A stretch of 64,000 bases of DNA from Raillietiella orientalis (taxonomy: Eukaryota). Where the stretch lies: positions 1,054,001-1,118,000 of the forward strand of contig JAYWIR010000019.1 in assembly GCA_036172245.1 (NCBI GenBank), written 5' to 3'. Shown piece by piece: positions 38,343-52,555 of this stretch (position 1 is its first letter; each line of letters starts with the position of its first letter). Position numbers and translations under genes: made by a program. The notes beneath the pieces were generated by a model. That model saw nothing but the letters and a program-made list of their open reading frames with translations. It searched no databases and was not told where the DNA came from.

Positions 38343-40134
38343 ACTTTGAGCTGCAAATAATACAGAACATGATTTGTTTGAAAGCACGCATTACATAGGC
38401 CATGCAAAACTCAAGAACAATTTGTGCTAGGAGCTTGAGCAGAATATGCAAACCATAAAAGGTCAAATATCAAAATCTTTGATTTGAAGTATGCACAAAA
38501 CAAAATGAAAAGATGTACATTGTGATACTGAATAAACCTACAACTGAAGTTGGCAGAATCAAAAATGAACATTAACTGCTATCAATTTCGTTATACATAT
38601 CACATGCCACAAATGAAACCTTAAGCTTAATTACGAAACGCGTAGAATATAATGCATTAGAAATTTAAATAACAGAAAACTATCACACCGGTCAACTCAA
38701 TTTCATTTACTTGCAACAAAACGGCTCTTTTTATGAACGATATCTCACATAGGCAAACTTAGAGATCCATGAATATATACACAACACAAAATTCAAAAAA
38801 GAATCAAACCATGGTACGTACAAGTCTTAAGCCATATTTATTCCACATCTATTTTTTCAAGTTTCCCTTTTTTGAAATAAGGGGGAGCTTCATACAACTT
38901 TCTGCAAATCATTTTAAAACACTTCGCTTTCATTACTAAACAAAACGGAAAACGTCTAATTCGAAACTAGCCTTTAATTGCATCGATGATAAATAGTATA
39001 TACTGTACACAATAAGAACATAGTTTTGGTGGAAACAATATACAGTAACTCAAGGGTATAAGCACTGTGTTACAAATATCCTTCTTCTTTTCATTATTAC
39101 TATTTCTACTAAAATTTCAAGGCATTGAGCTTTCCAACAAAAATCATTGCTATGCAATCATGGGATCTTCTCAATCACATGTCCAAATCAGTTTTTTGTA
39201 ACCATTTTCACTTAAGCATTCCAAAAAACTTTTGGTTTCCTATCCATTTAAGTATCGCATTTCTAGATCATTCTTTAACGAAATGCATTTGAACCTTAAA
39301 AACCAATACTTTTTACATCCTTGGGGAAGTTTCGTTTTATTGATAATACGAAATGAAATGGAAGGAAAAAAATTCCAATACTAACTTTGTTTTTATTTAA
39401 CTACATGAATGGCGTAATATTAATTAAGCTACACTCCATATTGCGTTCAAAACTATCTGATCAGAATTCCCGACTGTTCCTCACTTTTATTTCATAGATG
39501 TTGTGTTTTTGCAAATTGATTAAAAAGTAAACAAATCAAACAATCGGTTCAAGATAATTTAGAGATATAAATACCAAATAAGTTTTCCTAATACTTGAAT
39601 ATATTGAGCAATTAAAGAATATTGAACAATTAAAGGACTATAAATTTGGAATAGTCGCTTTTATACTGTATCACAAAGTTTCTTCGAAATCCTTATATTA
39701 CATTGCTTAATATTCGCTTTTTTTATCTCAAACATTAATCATTCAGATTGAATGTTTGAGATGGTATAAAGTTAATAGTATAAAGATACCACCAAATATA
39801 ATTAATCGAAACTGAAAACTAGAAAGGCTATACTGAAGATTTGATTACATGAATGGAGTTGACGGACAATTCGGTTCCCAAACAAGTTTCACAAATCAAA
39901 TTTATTTGAGTCCATTAAATGTAATTTATGGTTCCTTATCTGTGTATCATGCAATCCTTTAAGCCTTATAGCGCATACTCAAATGTGAAAATAAACAGTA
40001 TTCCTTCAAAACCACTTCACGAAATGTCAAAATCAGCAGAATAATCAGCAATAAAATACTGTAAATCATATTTCCTAAAAAGTGTACTTTATGCACTGGA
40101 ACTATGATTCAACTCATAAGAGCATTTATGCCGA

Positions 40135-41775
40135 AAAATAAATCTCTTCGTTGCTCTGCATCTTATATACCTTATGTATAAAGACATACACACATATATG
40201 TATAGAAAGAGAGAGCAAGAGAGAATCAGCGTAAATTGTAATTAGGTGGAATAATTCACATTGGGAAAATGCAAAATGAAATATGACACTTCATATTTGA
40301 AAGCAGGTAAGGAATATCAAAAAACACTACGCAAAATGATGTTCAAAGTATTTAATCCAATTTATGAACATTATTTATCGTTCTAAACCAATCAAAGTGC
40401 CACTTGCTAATACAAAAAAGTAAAACAATAAGGTGAAAAAAAAAAGGAAACTCCATAGCTCTAATAAACATTACAAAAACAACATTCTTCGGCTTTCACA
40501 TTTATTCTTCAAATTAAAAAAAATCAAAGAAGGAAAGTTAGAACTCGAACTACTTAAGACATTAAAACACATCAAAGCACATTATGAATGAAATTAGAGT
40601 ATCTTTCATTCGTTCAAAAACAGTACTTGTTTTAGAGGTTAAAAATCAAGAAGCTGAAAAACGTGCCACTAATTTTCATGAAAAGTCTGCAATGAACGTA
40701 CGATAATGAGATCTACTGCAGTTTCGTTACAGATTGTTTCAATTAAGTGTAAGTACCAATTTGACGAAGATGCAACATTTCAATTAATCGTGAAGCGTTG
40801 TTGGTTCATAAAGTATCCGTATATACATGAAAGTAAAAAAAAAAAAACTGCGGACTAGAAATACCGAACATCTTTTTTCGTAAACGTTCCTCTATTCCTC
40901 CATAAAGCTGTAGCAATCCTAACCATTCAGATTATTCCATGAATTCTTTGGTTTTTCATTTTTAAAATGAGCACTCTTTTTGGTAAGTAGAGTAGTAAAT
41001 TTCCAATTTGAAATTTTTGGACAATGTGGAATTAGCTCCTAGGACAATTAGCTCCTTGGATTTAGACTGTTTAAAAATTACGTATGGAATACACCAATGT
41101 GTATTAAATCATTCAGCGATCAGTTATTAAATTCATATAGAACAAGAGACTATGGAGCAGAAGTGTTTTACAGTTTTCGTTTATAATGTGATTAGGGATG
41201 GCAGTCATTTTCAAGGTACATTAGTTCGATTAATATTCTCTATCAGACTAATTCTTATGGGAACCGGGCATTTAGTACAATGTAACTTTTACTCGAAGAA
41301 TAAATTTTTCTCTGGCACTGCCAAAAATTAATATAAAACAATCCAAACATGCTTTCAAATTTATCACAGTTCTTGTACGAATTCTCGGGGATACTTCCAC
41401 GAATCTATTTTCTCTAACGCTAATGAATTCTGAGGGTTTTCGTCTCCTTAAAATCATCGGAAAGTAAAAATTGTGTTCTCAATAGAGGAAACACTTTTAT
41501 TTATGAGAGTAATTTTGGATAAATGAAAAGTAAATAAATACGTGTGAAATCATGAGTAAAATACCCGAATCATAAGTTCCCTAGAGGGAAAAAAAAAAAA
41601 AAATTCTAATGAAAGGAGAACTCTTATTACATTTGCATTTTCACAATTATTCCACCTAATTGCAGTCTGTGTTTATTTCTTCTCTCTCTGTATATATATA
41701 TCCATACATCTATAAGGAGTAAGATGAGATCCATTTTGATTTCTGAAAGTAACAAAGAGAGATCTCTTTGAGAAT
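40135..41775. repeat. Pair of diverged ~150-bp inverted repeats (~40135-40290 and ~41625-41775); possible old TIR/MITE-type element
   Basis: AATTAGGTGGAATAATT (~40240) is the exact reverse complement of AATTATTCCACCTAATT (~41645). Flanking blocks gaaaatgcaaa, AT/AG-rich microsatellite-like segment, catctta and atctc(t)tt align in colinear inverted order. No transposase or TSD identified. Confidence 0.55.
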
Positions 41776-44700
41776 TTTTGAGAGAATTTTTCCAGAAACA
41801 AATTATATCAGTGCGTTTAAAAAGACCTTTTATTACTGGCATTTCTCGAGCAATAATTATGATTAATTATCACTGTAGTAAATTCTCGAATAATTGCCGT
41901 TCGAGACAATAAATGCGCAACATCTTCCTGCCTTCTTCCTTGCATGCTAATGCAGTGCTCATAGTTTCTCATTCCCAGAATTTCGAACTGGTAAGATATG
42001 AAAAGGAAAAAATAACTCCCTTTGTAGTTAGTGAAAAGCAAGCTTGTAGGTATATAAAAAATGCAATGAAATGGTCTAAATGAAGGAAAACTCATCTCCA
42101 CCAACATGATTTTGATTTATTTTGTTGGGAACATGTGTTCCCTTTTTATGTAAAGGTTTGTCTCTTTTCCTTCAAAGCGGTTGGACACGGATCCTTTGCG
42201 CAGAATAGTTGCTTTAGAAATTCCGCTTAAAAATAAACGCAGTTTCTAGAAGAAACGGGAAATCATTTGATACCTATGTGGTTCGTGAGGAAGCCATTAG
42301 AAATTAATACCCTTATGCTATTTAAACTGTCAAGCATTTTCAGGCTGCAGGAAGTGCTTTCTCTGGAGACCACTAAAATTAAATGTTCACTTCTTTCTGC
42401 ATCTTGCGAACCAGCACCAGTGCCATATGGACAGCAGTCAAGAGTCCAACACTTCCAGATGGAGGTTTTTAAATAACAAGGCAAAGATAATGATGATGTG
42501 TTATAGAAATATGTGAAACAAAATGGAGGTGATAAAAGATTTTGAAAGTTCTGGTGGTAGACATGAAAGATCATTAATTACAAAGTGACCTTCGATAGCT
42601 ATCGATAGAAATGGGATCAAAAAAACAAATCAGGATCGTGTTTAAGAATGAAAGCGTGAAGAATAAGAACCAAGTTTTGTTTTAATTTTTTAAACACTAG
42701 TTTATATGATTTTAATGTATATTTCCTATTGCAAAAGCAAGAATACTTAAATGCATTTTCATATACGAGCTAGAATCAAAAGAAAAAATATGTGAAACAC
42801 GAATGGTTTCTGTTTAATTATAGGTGGGGAGAATAGGAAAATACGCGACTTTCTCCAGTTAAGGCAAAAAGTGCTTTAACTTTAAAGGGGGTTTAAAAAA
42901 GTAAAGGAACTTTCTTCATATTTCTCTTATTTTTTAGAAATTCTATTGATGCCTCTTCGTTGATACGTGATGCAGTCTGAAGGGAAGGTTTTCCTGCTGT
43001 CTCATATTCTCGGTATTAGTACTATTTTCAATAATTTCACTTACAGAGTTACATAGTTAGGTATAATTCTAGAAAGCAAATAAAGCCCTCACTCTAGTCC
43101 ATAATATGTATTGAGTACTTAATAGCAATTCTGAGAGCATGATTGCTGATGAATATCCACTGGATTAATGCAATGCAATTTGGGATCCTTTTTTTTTTCC
43201 TCCTCTACTGAGATAGCTAGATTCTTCTTTTTGTTCTGAAGAACTTCTGTCTACTTCATTTTTCAATTTCTATGATACTTACTGAACGTTTCTAAAAGAC
43301 GAAATTTCTGTCATCTGCCTCATTCCTTCAGTTCAAGAGACATCTTCATTTGTATATTGTATCTACGCATTATTCATTTTATATTCTACTCGATTCATAC
43401 CAGATGCATCATTTAACGATTCTGGAAGTCAAACAGACTTTTACAATAGAAAGTTGAACCATATGACAGTTGCAAATGACTATCTCATGGTGCTCTCGAG
43501 GGGAGGGAGTTTCAATGCTGCGTTCCAGAATCAATAGCTCACATTTTCCTTAGCTGATGCTGAAGGTACTCCTTTTGTATCTGTGAATTTGTAATGGACG
43601 GCTGACTTAGTTATTCTCCTAGTTTATAAACTTTTGTGAATTCTTTAGTATGTCCTTAATAAAGTCATCAGTTTTTCTAACTATGATTAAGGCATTTTTC
43701 TTTTTTAAAAAACATCATCCTCATGAGTGGCGTTAGAAAAACATGAAAAAAAAGTTCAAGAGATTTCGTCTTGAAACGAACATGTAGGGTCTGTTTCTGT
43801 AAAGACCAAGAAAGCGATTTTTTCCCTCTCATGAACCGAAGGATGTCCAAATACCTTCACTTAATATATACCGAAAAATTCCTATTCCTTAAAAAGCTGC
43901 GAGTGCATTTTTCAATATCAGGAATTCAGTTTCAATTCAAAGAGGGTTTCTACAAAATACGTAATGTCCAATTTTCATCTGATACTGCACCGTACTTTTT
44001 TTCTTAGTTGCAATCACACAATAATATGATCCCTAAACACTTTAATTGCATACAGATATGAATTCATTTTATCTTTCTTATCTTTGTTGAAAGCCCTTCT
44101 TAGTGTCGTATGGTCTATTACTTGTTGGTTCTGCTTGTTACACGCTGTTGAGAGTCACCCATTCTTAGAAAGCAGCAAACCCGGCAAATTTTACGCATTT
44201 TTCAGTAAAAAAGAAAGAAAAAATAAAACACGAATTAACACGAATTGTAAACTTCTAATCTACGTTTTGAAAATACCGTATACCAACAGAGATGTTATGA
44301 ATTTATCACCGAGATGTACAAGTTTCCTCCGGTTTATGCGATTTTTTTTATTTCTACATATTGCAGTCGTATCACTAAAAATTCAATTCAGACTACTAAA
44401 TTTTCGAAACCAAATATCAAAACATTTGTGTACACAAGCACGCATTCACATATCACAAACAATTTCCAACGAAGCTGTTGAATTAACAGTCCATAGGGCC
44501 ATGCACATACATATTCAAGGCATTACCTCACCATCATGAATTTATTGTTTTGACATACAAATTTTTCAATCATAGAAATATATATAAAGCATACATGCAA
44601 GGTTATTCAGATAAAAATCCACTTAGGAAATCGGAATCAAAGAAATCAAGCAGGTATACACTACATAATTGTAAGTATATGTTGCTGGCTCTCGTGTTTA

Positions 44701-45520
44701 ATGTATGTCTCATGCAAAGCTATCAGATATATGTCTCCTATATGGTGCTATATAAATACATATATATTTGTTAGGAATTCAAATTTGTATTCTGATGATT
44801 ACTAAAGTGCTAGTGTTAGAGTAATCACTGGATTTTGTTCTGATGAAATTTGCTTGCTACCTTACCATTTTCATAGTTGGCAATATAAATTTGGCTCATT
44901 TCATGAATTCCAGAAATTATTTAATTCTAAATACATTTATTCTTAGGTTTCCAACTCTAAAAAGAAAATCTTTTTTGTGCGCGCTAAGTTCCTGTGTTTC
45001 TTTCTTAAGTTTTTTCCTATGTTCCTTTGAAATGTCAATGAAAGAAGTTAATTTGATTTTATGAAAGTCAATGGAAATGCTGGCAAGCTTGCATTCTGTG
45101 TTTATATTCTGAAGAACTACGTAATAATTAATATTTTGGATGTGCAGTGTTGCACGTGCGAAGAAGAGTGCAGGTCTGCTTTTACGCAATTGTGTCTGTT
45201 TTAATATGAGTGAGTTGAGTTAACAACAGTGGGTGCAAAATATTTTCGTGAAGGTCAAATATTTATACAAGTCTTTAATAATGCCGCATGCGTATGGTAT
45301 GTAAGATATGTAAAGGATTTATTCTGTATATGAACGGAACAGTGTGAAAAGTGCTATGTTGCAGTTGCGTAAGGCAGCAAATAGGATGGAAACTCTCCGT
45401 GTTTTGCAGTAGTGTTTTTTTTTTTTTTCATGATAGAAAAGTGGGAACAATACTTGCACTGGATTGAGATTTCAATGTCAACATGCATTTGTAAATTCGA
45501 TTCATCTTTCAAAAAATAAA

Positions 45521-48500
45521 ATGCGATCTGCAAAAGCTAGATTCAAGGTACATGATGAAACGTGACTATGTTGACTTATCTCAAGTTTATTTAGGCCTCC
45601 AGTAGTGAAAGAAGTGGATTCGTTCTTGGTTCCAATTCGAACCTAGGTGTTATAGGTTTTGATTCGTTTGAGAAGATTGGTATAATTCCTGCTACTCAAG
45701 GAAATCATGAGATGGATAGTATTATTAGCCCAGAATTCAGGCTTGTTTTAAAAAAATTGACCAAAAAAAGTCTTACTACAAAATTAAAAGTAGGATAATG
45801 AACCAAATATAACGATGTAAAGCTGTTTTGTAGACTCTAGATGAATTCATAGAATTATGTGGTCAACAAGATGATGAGGAAGTTGCAAAAATATTACCGT
45901 ATTGGCCCAAAATTTACAATAGCCTTGCAAGCAGTCCAGAAAGAAGATTACGAGAAGGCATTCAAAAGTAAGAAAATAATGATTTTGTCTTTTTGTTATA
46001 ATAATTCGACTTCCAGAGCTCATTTGAAACTTGTAGGAAAAGTAGATCGAAAACTAGCTCCATGCTTAAAGCAGATAATGGGCATGTGGCTCCTATCACA
46101 GTGCGACAATTTTGCTCCTGCTGCAAGTGTTGCTTGTAAAAGCTTTGAGGTAAGATTCCTTGATGCATTTTCTCTTAATTCTGTTTCACCTTGTCATGAA
46201 ATTGAATGTGTGCTGAAATGTGTGATGGGTCTTCAAATTTCAGATAGGGTTTTTCAAAATGATGTTGATGTAACCTTTGTCTTTTTAGTAATCTTAAAGT
46301 TTAATTGTATCTCCAATTGAGTATTGCATTGTATCAGTGATTTATAATGAAATACTGGTGTGTAGTGTGTGCAAATAATATTAATTATTGCTTTACTACT
46401 GGTAATATGTTACATGCATTGTAACTTGTTATTCATTGAACATTGTCATTCTAATGCATAAATTTTTTTTTTTTTAGTCAACATTCAGTTCTCTCAAACA
46501 AGGTGAAGCATTACTTTATTGTAAAACTGAGGTAGTTGGTTTTTTAAGAAGTACACTCTTCAATTCCGGAAAAACGTTGTTATCAAACTGGTATATCAAA
46601 AAATATAGCTAATATGGAAATTTGTCTTTGATACAGTGATAGTACAAAGGATGATAGACTTGAATTGGAGCGTGTAATTTGTTGTACCTTGAAAGCTTTC
46701 ATTAGGTTTATCCAGTTGATTCCAGAACATTCATCATTAAGTGAAGAGGTAATTAATGAAGTTTTTGATAATAATATGTTCTGGGACTTCCCCAGACACT
46801 TTGGCTCACAGGTATTTATAGGTTATCAAAGAAATTGAAACAATATTTGTTGTATTTCAGATAGCATGCTTTTGGTATAGTTTTGTTGCTGAACTTTTTA
46901 GGAATGTTCCATCTGTTATGTTGAATCAGAATGTATCTTTGCTTTCATCACTTACACTGAATAGGTTAGATGTAAGCGATCCAGCTTTATTTTCTTGTGT
47001 TTGGAATTGCATGGTGTTAATGATTAGATTATCAGAGGTTGGTGAAGTAATTGGCAGTTTATAATAGATAATGATAATCATTCTTACATTAGGAATGCTG
47101 GGAATATGTTGATTCAGAAAAAGCAATGACACAGTTTTGGAAAGTGTGCGAAAAAGGTGAAATGAACATGATTGAAATCATAGCCCCCAATTACATTGAA
47201 TTCTTATCAAGAATTCCAACTCATCTTAAGCTAAAGTTAGATGTCTATCATCAAACCTTGATGCCTTTAAAGAAAAGGTAAGTTTTTTACTATGCAGCTA
47301 CTATCATATTCAATTTGTAGAATTTTTCAGAATGATATAAAGCATCCTGATCATTTCTTTATGTTAGTGTTCATGTACCTAGACTGTCTGCAGTTGATGC
47401 TCATGGAAGACCTGGAAACTCAGCATCTTTGCAGAACTCTGTTATCAGAGCAGGTTTGATGAAACTAGTCTTATTTTTTGACATTTTCTTTTTTTCTCTC
47501 TTTTTTTTTTAGTTTTTCCCTTTATTTCACCTAGCATTTGCCAATAAGGATGAATGCAAACGATTCAGTGTTTCGTTTTTATTTGCAAGATTGCTATATT
47601 TTCTAAATTCAAAGTGCATTAGCTCTCAGCTATGTGCTTTAAAAAAGCAACATTATAGAAATACATTATTATTTATTTGGGAGGAAATATTATCCCTTAT
47701 AGAACTGATAAATGATGAAGTGTGTGCTTCAAAAGAGTACATACTGGATGTCCTTTCAAGTTTTTTGCAAATGTTAAAGGACCCAAATCGAGCTATTGAA
47801 AGGGTTCCAAAGATGATGGAAGTACCAGATGGCAAGGTGGAAACACAGTTGTCTTTCCAGTGTTTTGTGAAGACGGAGATTGAAACAGATACTTTTCCTT
47901 GGGAACAAAACATGGAGGCAATCGTGAAAATTTTGTACACTAAAATACAGTCCACAAATTCCTTTGCCAGTTTGAAATTGCTGTCCAACATTTTGCAAAA
48001 TTATCCACCAGATGAAGCGTTGAAATTTCTTTTTAAAGATTCTAGATTTGAAGTACAAGAATTTGTAATGAACTTGCTACTTCCTCATGTAATTAAGGAT
48101 GATGTAGAAAAACAGCAGACTGTGATGGTTCTTTTTCTTTTATGCTTTGATTCTCTCACTGACAAAAGAGTTGTGTTACTTGAATTGAAGAAGGTTAGTT
48201 GCTTGTTCTGAATTCATACTTTTCATGTAATGTCCCAGAGGATAGTGAGTGTTAATTTGTTTTTGGATAATTTGTTGTTGTGGTATAGCAAAAATCCAGT
48301 TTGTTATAACCTACTAAAACTGGCTAAGGAATCTCAAAGTGTTTGTCCAAGTCTCCAGGATTTCTCATGGAAGATTATCAAGCTTGCAATGACAGGTAAG
48401 AATAATCCTTATGATGACTTTGTTCCAGTGACATATTCCAGAAGAAGCAAGTCAGTCTTTAAGTGAAATCTTTCATCTCTTTATTAATGATCTTCCAAGA

Positions 48501-51500
48501 AGTAATAAATTACTTGATGCTGTCATTGCATGTTTTGCTACCTTAATTCCATGTATGCCTTTTCGGAATGGTGCTGAAATTGAGAATGTTGTGGCCAGTT
48601 TATTTGATCTTTGTCTGCAACAATCGTTTTACAAGAAAGCATGGGAAACTTGCTTTCAAGAGTACCTGAAACATGTTCAAACTGCAGAAGCAGATAAAGA
48701 TCTTACTTATAGTTTACATAAAAAATTGAGAATGCATTTTGACAATTGTCAAAATGTACTACAGCTACAGGATTGTGTTCCTTTTGTTACTTCGTTTTGG
48801 AACCAACTGAGGAATTCCTTCCTGTCAAATTATAATCATTCTGAGCAACCATGTGATCACTGGAAATTTCATAAGTTATTCAAGGATTCTTTATATGAAC
48901 TTACAGTGAAATCCGCAGATGTATGGGAAACTAAAGTTGCAACAACATGCTTAGTTCTGGATGGGTATTTCTATGATGGGTGCCTTCCCTATATTGAGGA
49001 TTTTAATTCCGAGTTTCTGTACTCCACTACTTACGATAGTATTATGTGCATGTGGTTGGTAACAGATGGAAAAGATTTTTTGGATGAGGCTACCTTATTG
49101 GAACATTTCATTTCCTTATGCCATTCATTGGGTTCATATTCTATTCTCTCGAAATTGATCCATGTTCCTGGAAATATCCCATTTTCTTCTTTGCTGAAAA
49201 TGCTAACTACCAATGTGATCACCATTTTGGAAGCTATCAGCAAGCAAACTCTCAGTCACCTAGTTCAACAAATTGTGTCCAGGTAACTGGCCATGTCTTC
49301 TCAATTTGCATGCTTTGAGACTTCTAGATCTATGGATTCACCATCAGCATGGCCAGCAGCCATCATTTGCTTGAGTAATTTGTGTGACGATTTGCAAGAA
49401 CTCTTTAAAACCCATGTCATGGAAAGGTTGACTAATTGCTCAGAGAGTCACAGAGCAGAATGTGTTGCCACACTCCAGGTAGTATTCAAAATTATCTATT
49501 GGCACTAGTAACTGAAATCCTGTAGGCTGTGCTCCCTACATTGAAAACCAAAGGAATTATGGCGATCCTACACATTTATTTTATTCCAGATGAGCCTTTG
49601 GTTCCTTTTGACTATCAGTTGCGCTGCATACTAAATGTCATCAGTTTTGTGATGCAGCACCTGCCCATGGAATATTGGAAATACAAAGATAATGAGATTA
49701 TTTTGCTATTCAGGAAAGTCATTGGTTGGGATACTGAAATTCAAGAAAACTGGAGAATGTGAGTTCATGTTCAAGCAATGGATTTAGCATTTCAGTGATA
49801 TAGATTGGAAGAAACAATTGCAGATACTCTTTTGCAGCAAAGCACTGAAATTATTTTGTTTGCTAATAACGTAGTTTCATATTTGGCTGCAAGCCTCACA
49901 GCAGATGATTGGGATGCTATCTTATGCTGTTTATGTGTATGGGTGCAACCATTACAAGTAGCCCCCCAAGTGATGGATGCATGGTGTCATGCTAGAGCTG
50001 TGTGCTTTCAAAAGAGCATCTTTACTTTAACTGCAACTTGTGTTGGTTTATTTTTGAAACCATCCTCAGCAGTCATCCAGAATATGGTCACAGACTGGAA
50101 TCAGTTTTTTTCTAGTCAAGTCTTCAGCATTTTGGTGCCACTCTTTGTTCATCATTCTCTCTCAGGTAGGTTTCCATACTCACGCTAATGTTTTAGCTAA
50201 TTGGAGTTTTAGAAGAACAGCTGAGAGATGCTTCCTTAGATAAACATTTTTTCACATCGTTTTTAAGTTGTCTTAATCATATTCCTCAAGTTTGGCTCCT
50301 AAATCTTCAGTTGCCTGAAATTTATGTGGTTTCAGTTGAAGAGGATGAGTCTCTTAGCATTCCTCCAGTAGTCCAGAAGCTTTTGAATTATTTACTTCCA
50401 CATGTGTCTTCAGATGATACCTATTTCCAGATTGGTTCCTACTATATTCTTAAGCAGTAATGTGCATAATGTTATCTCTGTGATTGTTCTCCTTTCAATA
50501 CTTTACATTTAGTAATGTCTTCTATTTAATGAATGCGCTTCATCCTTTTGGTCTGCTGATACAGTTGTTTTCCATTGCAATTTTTTTTTCAGATTCTTGA
50601 GAGCAGGTGCAGGGAATATGAAGCTTCCTGAATTGGATAATACTTGGAGAAAATCATTACCTCTCCCACTGAGCTTGCTGTACATCTTGGAAAAAAGTGA
50701 AAGTGCTTCTAATGAGAATTCATCGAATCATGTTGTTGTTGGTCATTTACTAATATGGAATCTCTGTCTAGAATGGTGTTGTAGTTTAGCTCCAAGTAAC
50801 AGAGCTCTGACAGTGCACTTCATTAAGTAAAAAATCGTTGCTTATTCATTCGACATCATGATTACTTACAGAAATGCTGGTCTTGTTAATGTGCTTTTGG
50901 ACACATTGTTTACTAATTTGTCAGCTGATGAACCATGTAGTGTTTCTTTCATTGAAGAACCAACTTTAGCATGCCTCCAGAAATGTGATCAGCATACAGT
51001 CCAGCATTTATCGTGCCACTTATATTTCCGCTGCTGCTGTTCCCTTCCAGTTCTGGTTCGCCAGTGGTGGAATGCACAGGATAAACAAACCAGCCGGTTT
51101 ATCCAAATGTTCACCAAGGAGTGGGTATCCCCTGTTTTATGTATGCAGAATATGAAAATGCTTCATACTTCGAGCCTTGATCTTGATAACATGAATGTAA
51201 GGCTGCATTTGATATAAATGAAATAATACACAGATTCCTAAGATCAAAATCCATACTAACAGTCGTGAAATTTTGGCAGCATATAGTCTAGAGGATGTAT
51301 CTTTGGATCTTAAGATAACTTTGCCAGAGGATTATCCTCTAGGTACAATTATGGTTGAGCATGGCAAGAAAATTTGTATTGACACTGCCAAGTGGAGGAC
51401 ATGGGTCTTGCAATTAAATGCATTTTTAAACCATCAGGTCAATAAGAATGTTTTTTGTAAATATTGGTTGATGTGCTTCCAGAATGGATCCATTCTAGAT

Positions 51501-51765
51501 GGTTTACTGTTGTGGAAACGTAATTTGGACAAAAAATTTGAGGGTGTGGAGGAGTGTTACATATGTTTTTTTGTTCTACATGGTTCCACGTATCAACTGC
51601 CAAAAATCACTTGTCGGACCTGCAAAAAAAAATTCCATGCTTTTTGTTTGGTGAGTTATATCTCTTGTACATAAGTGTAAGTTCATTGAATTTTTTTTCC
51701 AACAGTACAAATGGTTTAATACTAGCAATACATCCTCATGTCCCTTGTGCCGCAATATCTTCTGA
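45521..51765 (+). CDS. LTN1: E3 ubiquitin-protein ligase listerin (ribosome quality control); about 20 exons
   Basis: N-terminal ASSSERSG...VIGF...ISPEFRLVLKKLTKKSLTTKLK, LPYWPKIY, LAPCLKQIMGMWLLSQCD; C-terminal LPVLVRQWW, RWD domain LKITLPEDYPL...[38 protein letters not shown], and RING [51 protein letters not shown]. First coding exon 45521-45547 (MRSAKARFK) is the most plausible start; stop TGA at 51763-51765. Confidence 0.94.
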
Positions 51766-51898
51766 GGACAAGTTAGAGATGGAACTGGAGCTGTTTTGCG
51801 ACAGAATTTATGTGATGAAAGCATGCTTGCTGATTGATTATTTTTGTATAGTTGTTTTATTGTTTTTGTTTTTTTTTTCTATTTAGAAATTGTATAGC

Positions 51899-52555
51899 AT
51901 GTTGAAGTCCCTTGCTAAAATTTGCAAAGCTAAATATTGTACAAGTATTGGAAAAAAGTCAGGCTTTTCATCATTGAATGGTACCATTGTAATGAAATGC
52001 ATTACATCTAAAGTATATTTACAGATGTGCCTGTCACTAAGCTTGATCGTTTGATTCTTGTTTGGACTGGAAAATTCAAGTCCCAAGATGAAGTGCCTTC
52101 TGAAGTAAGGTGAGAGGTTCAGAATTTATTGCATTACATCACAAATTGTCAGTCTTAATTTTGAATGAATTAGAACATAAAATGCTTAATCAGACAGCAG
52201 GTACAATGCATGGATATAGTTCGCATTGAAATGTTTTGCGATTTCTGTACACATGTATATGTGTGTATGTATATCCTTTCATTAATGTTAAATGCCATGC
52301 AAATAAAGTTTTTTTTGAACATTGAAGGCAGTGCAAAATATTTTTTCATAAACTTTTTGCATGCATTTTAGCTGTTCTGTTTTAATGAAAGCTAGAAGCA
52401 AAGCAAGGATTCGACTTAATATAATTACAATGATACTTGGAGGAATTGCCATTGTGGGTGTAATACTTAAAGGCAAATCTGACGCTGCAGAAGGAAAAAG
52501 TGTCATCTCTAAACAGCTTGCCTGGCATGATGAAATGAAAGCAAAAGATAATTAG
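51899..52555 (+). CDS. FAM162A: FAM162 / UPF0389 (DUF1075) small mitochondrial membrane protein, 116 aa; 3 exons
   Basis: Exons 51899-51980, 52025-52109, 52372-52555 total 351 nt in frame. Basic presequence-like N-terminus MLKSLAKICKAKY; family motif KLDRLILVWTGKFKSQDEVPSEVS; KARSKARIR followed by TM helix LNIITMILGGIAIVGVIL and GKSDAAEGKSV...WH. Confidence 0.88.
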
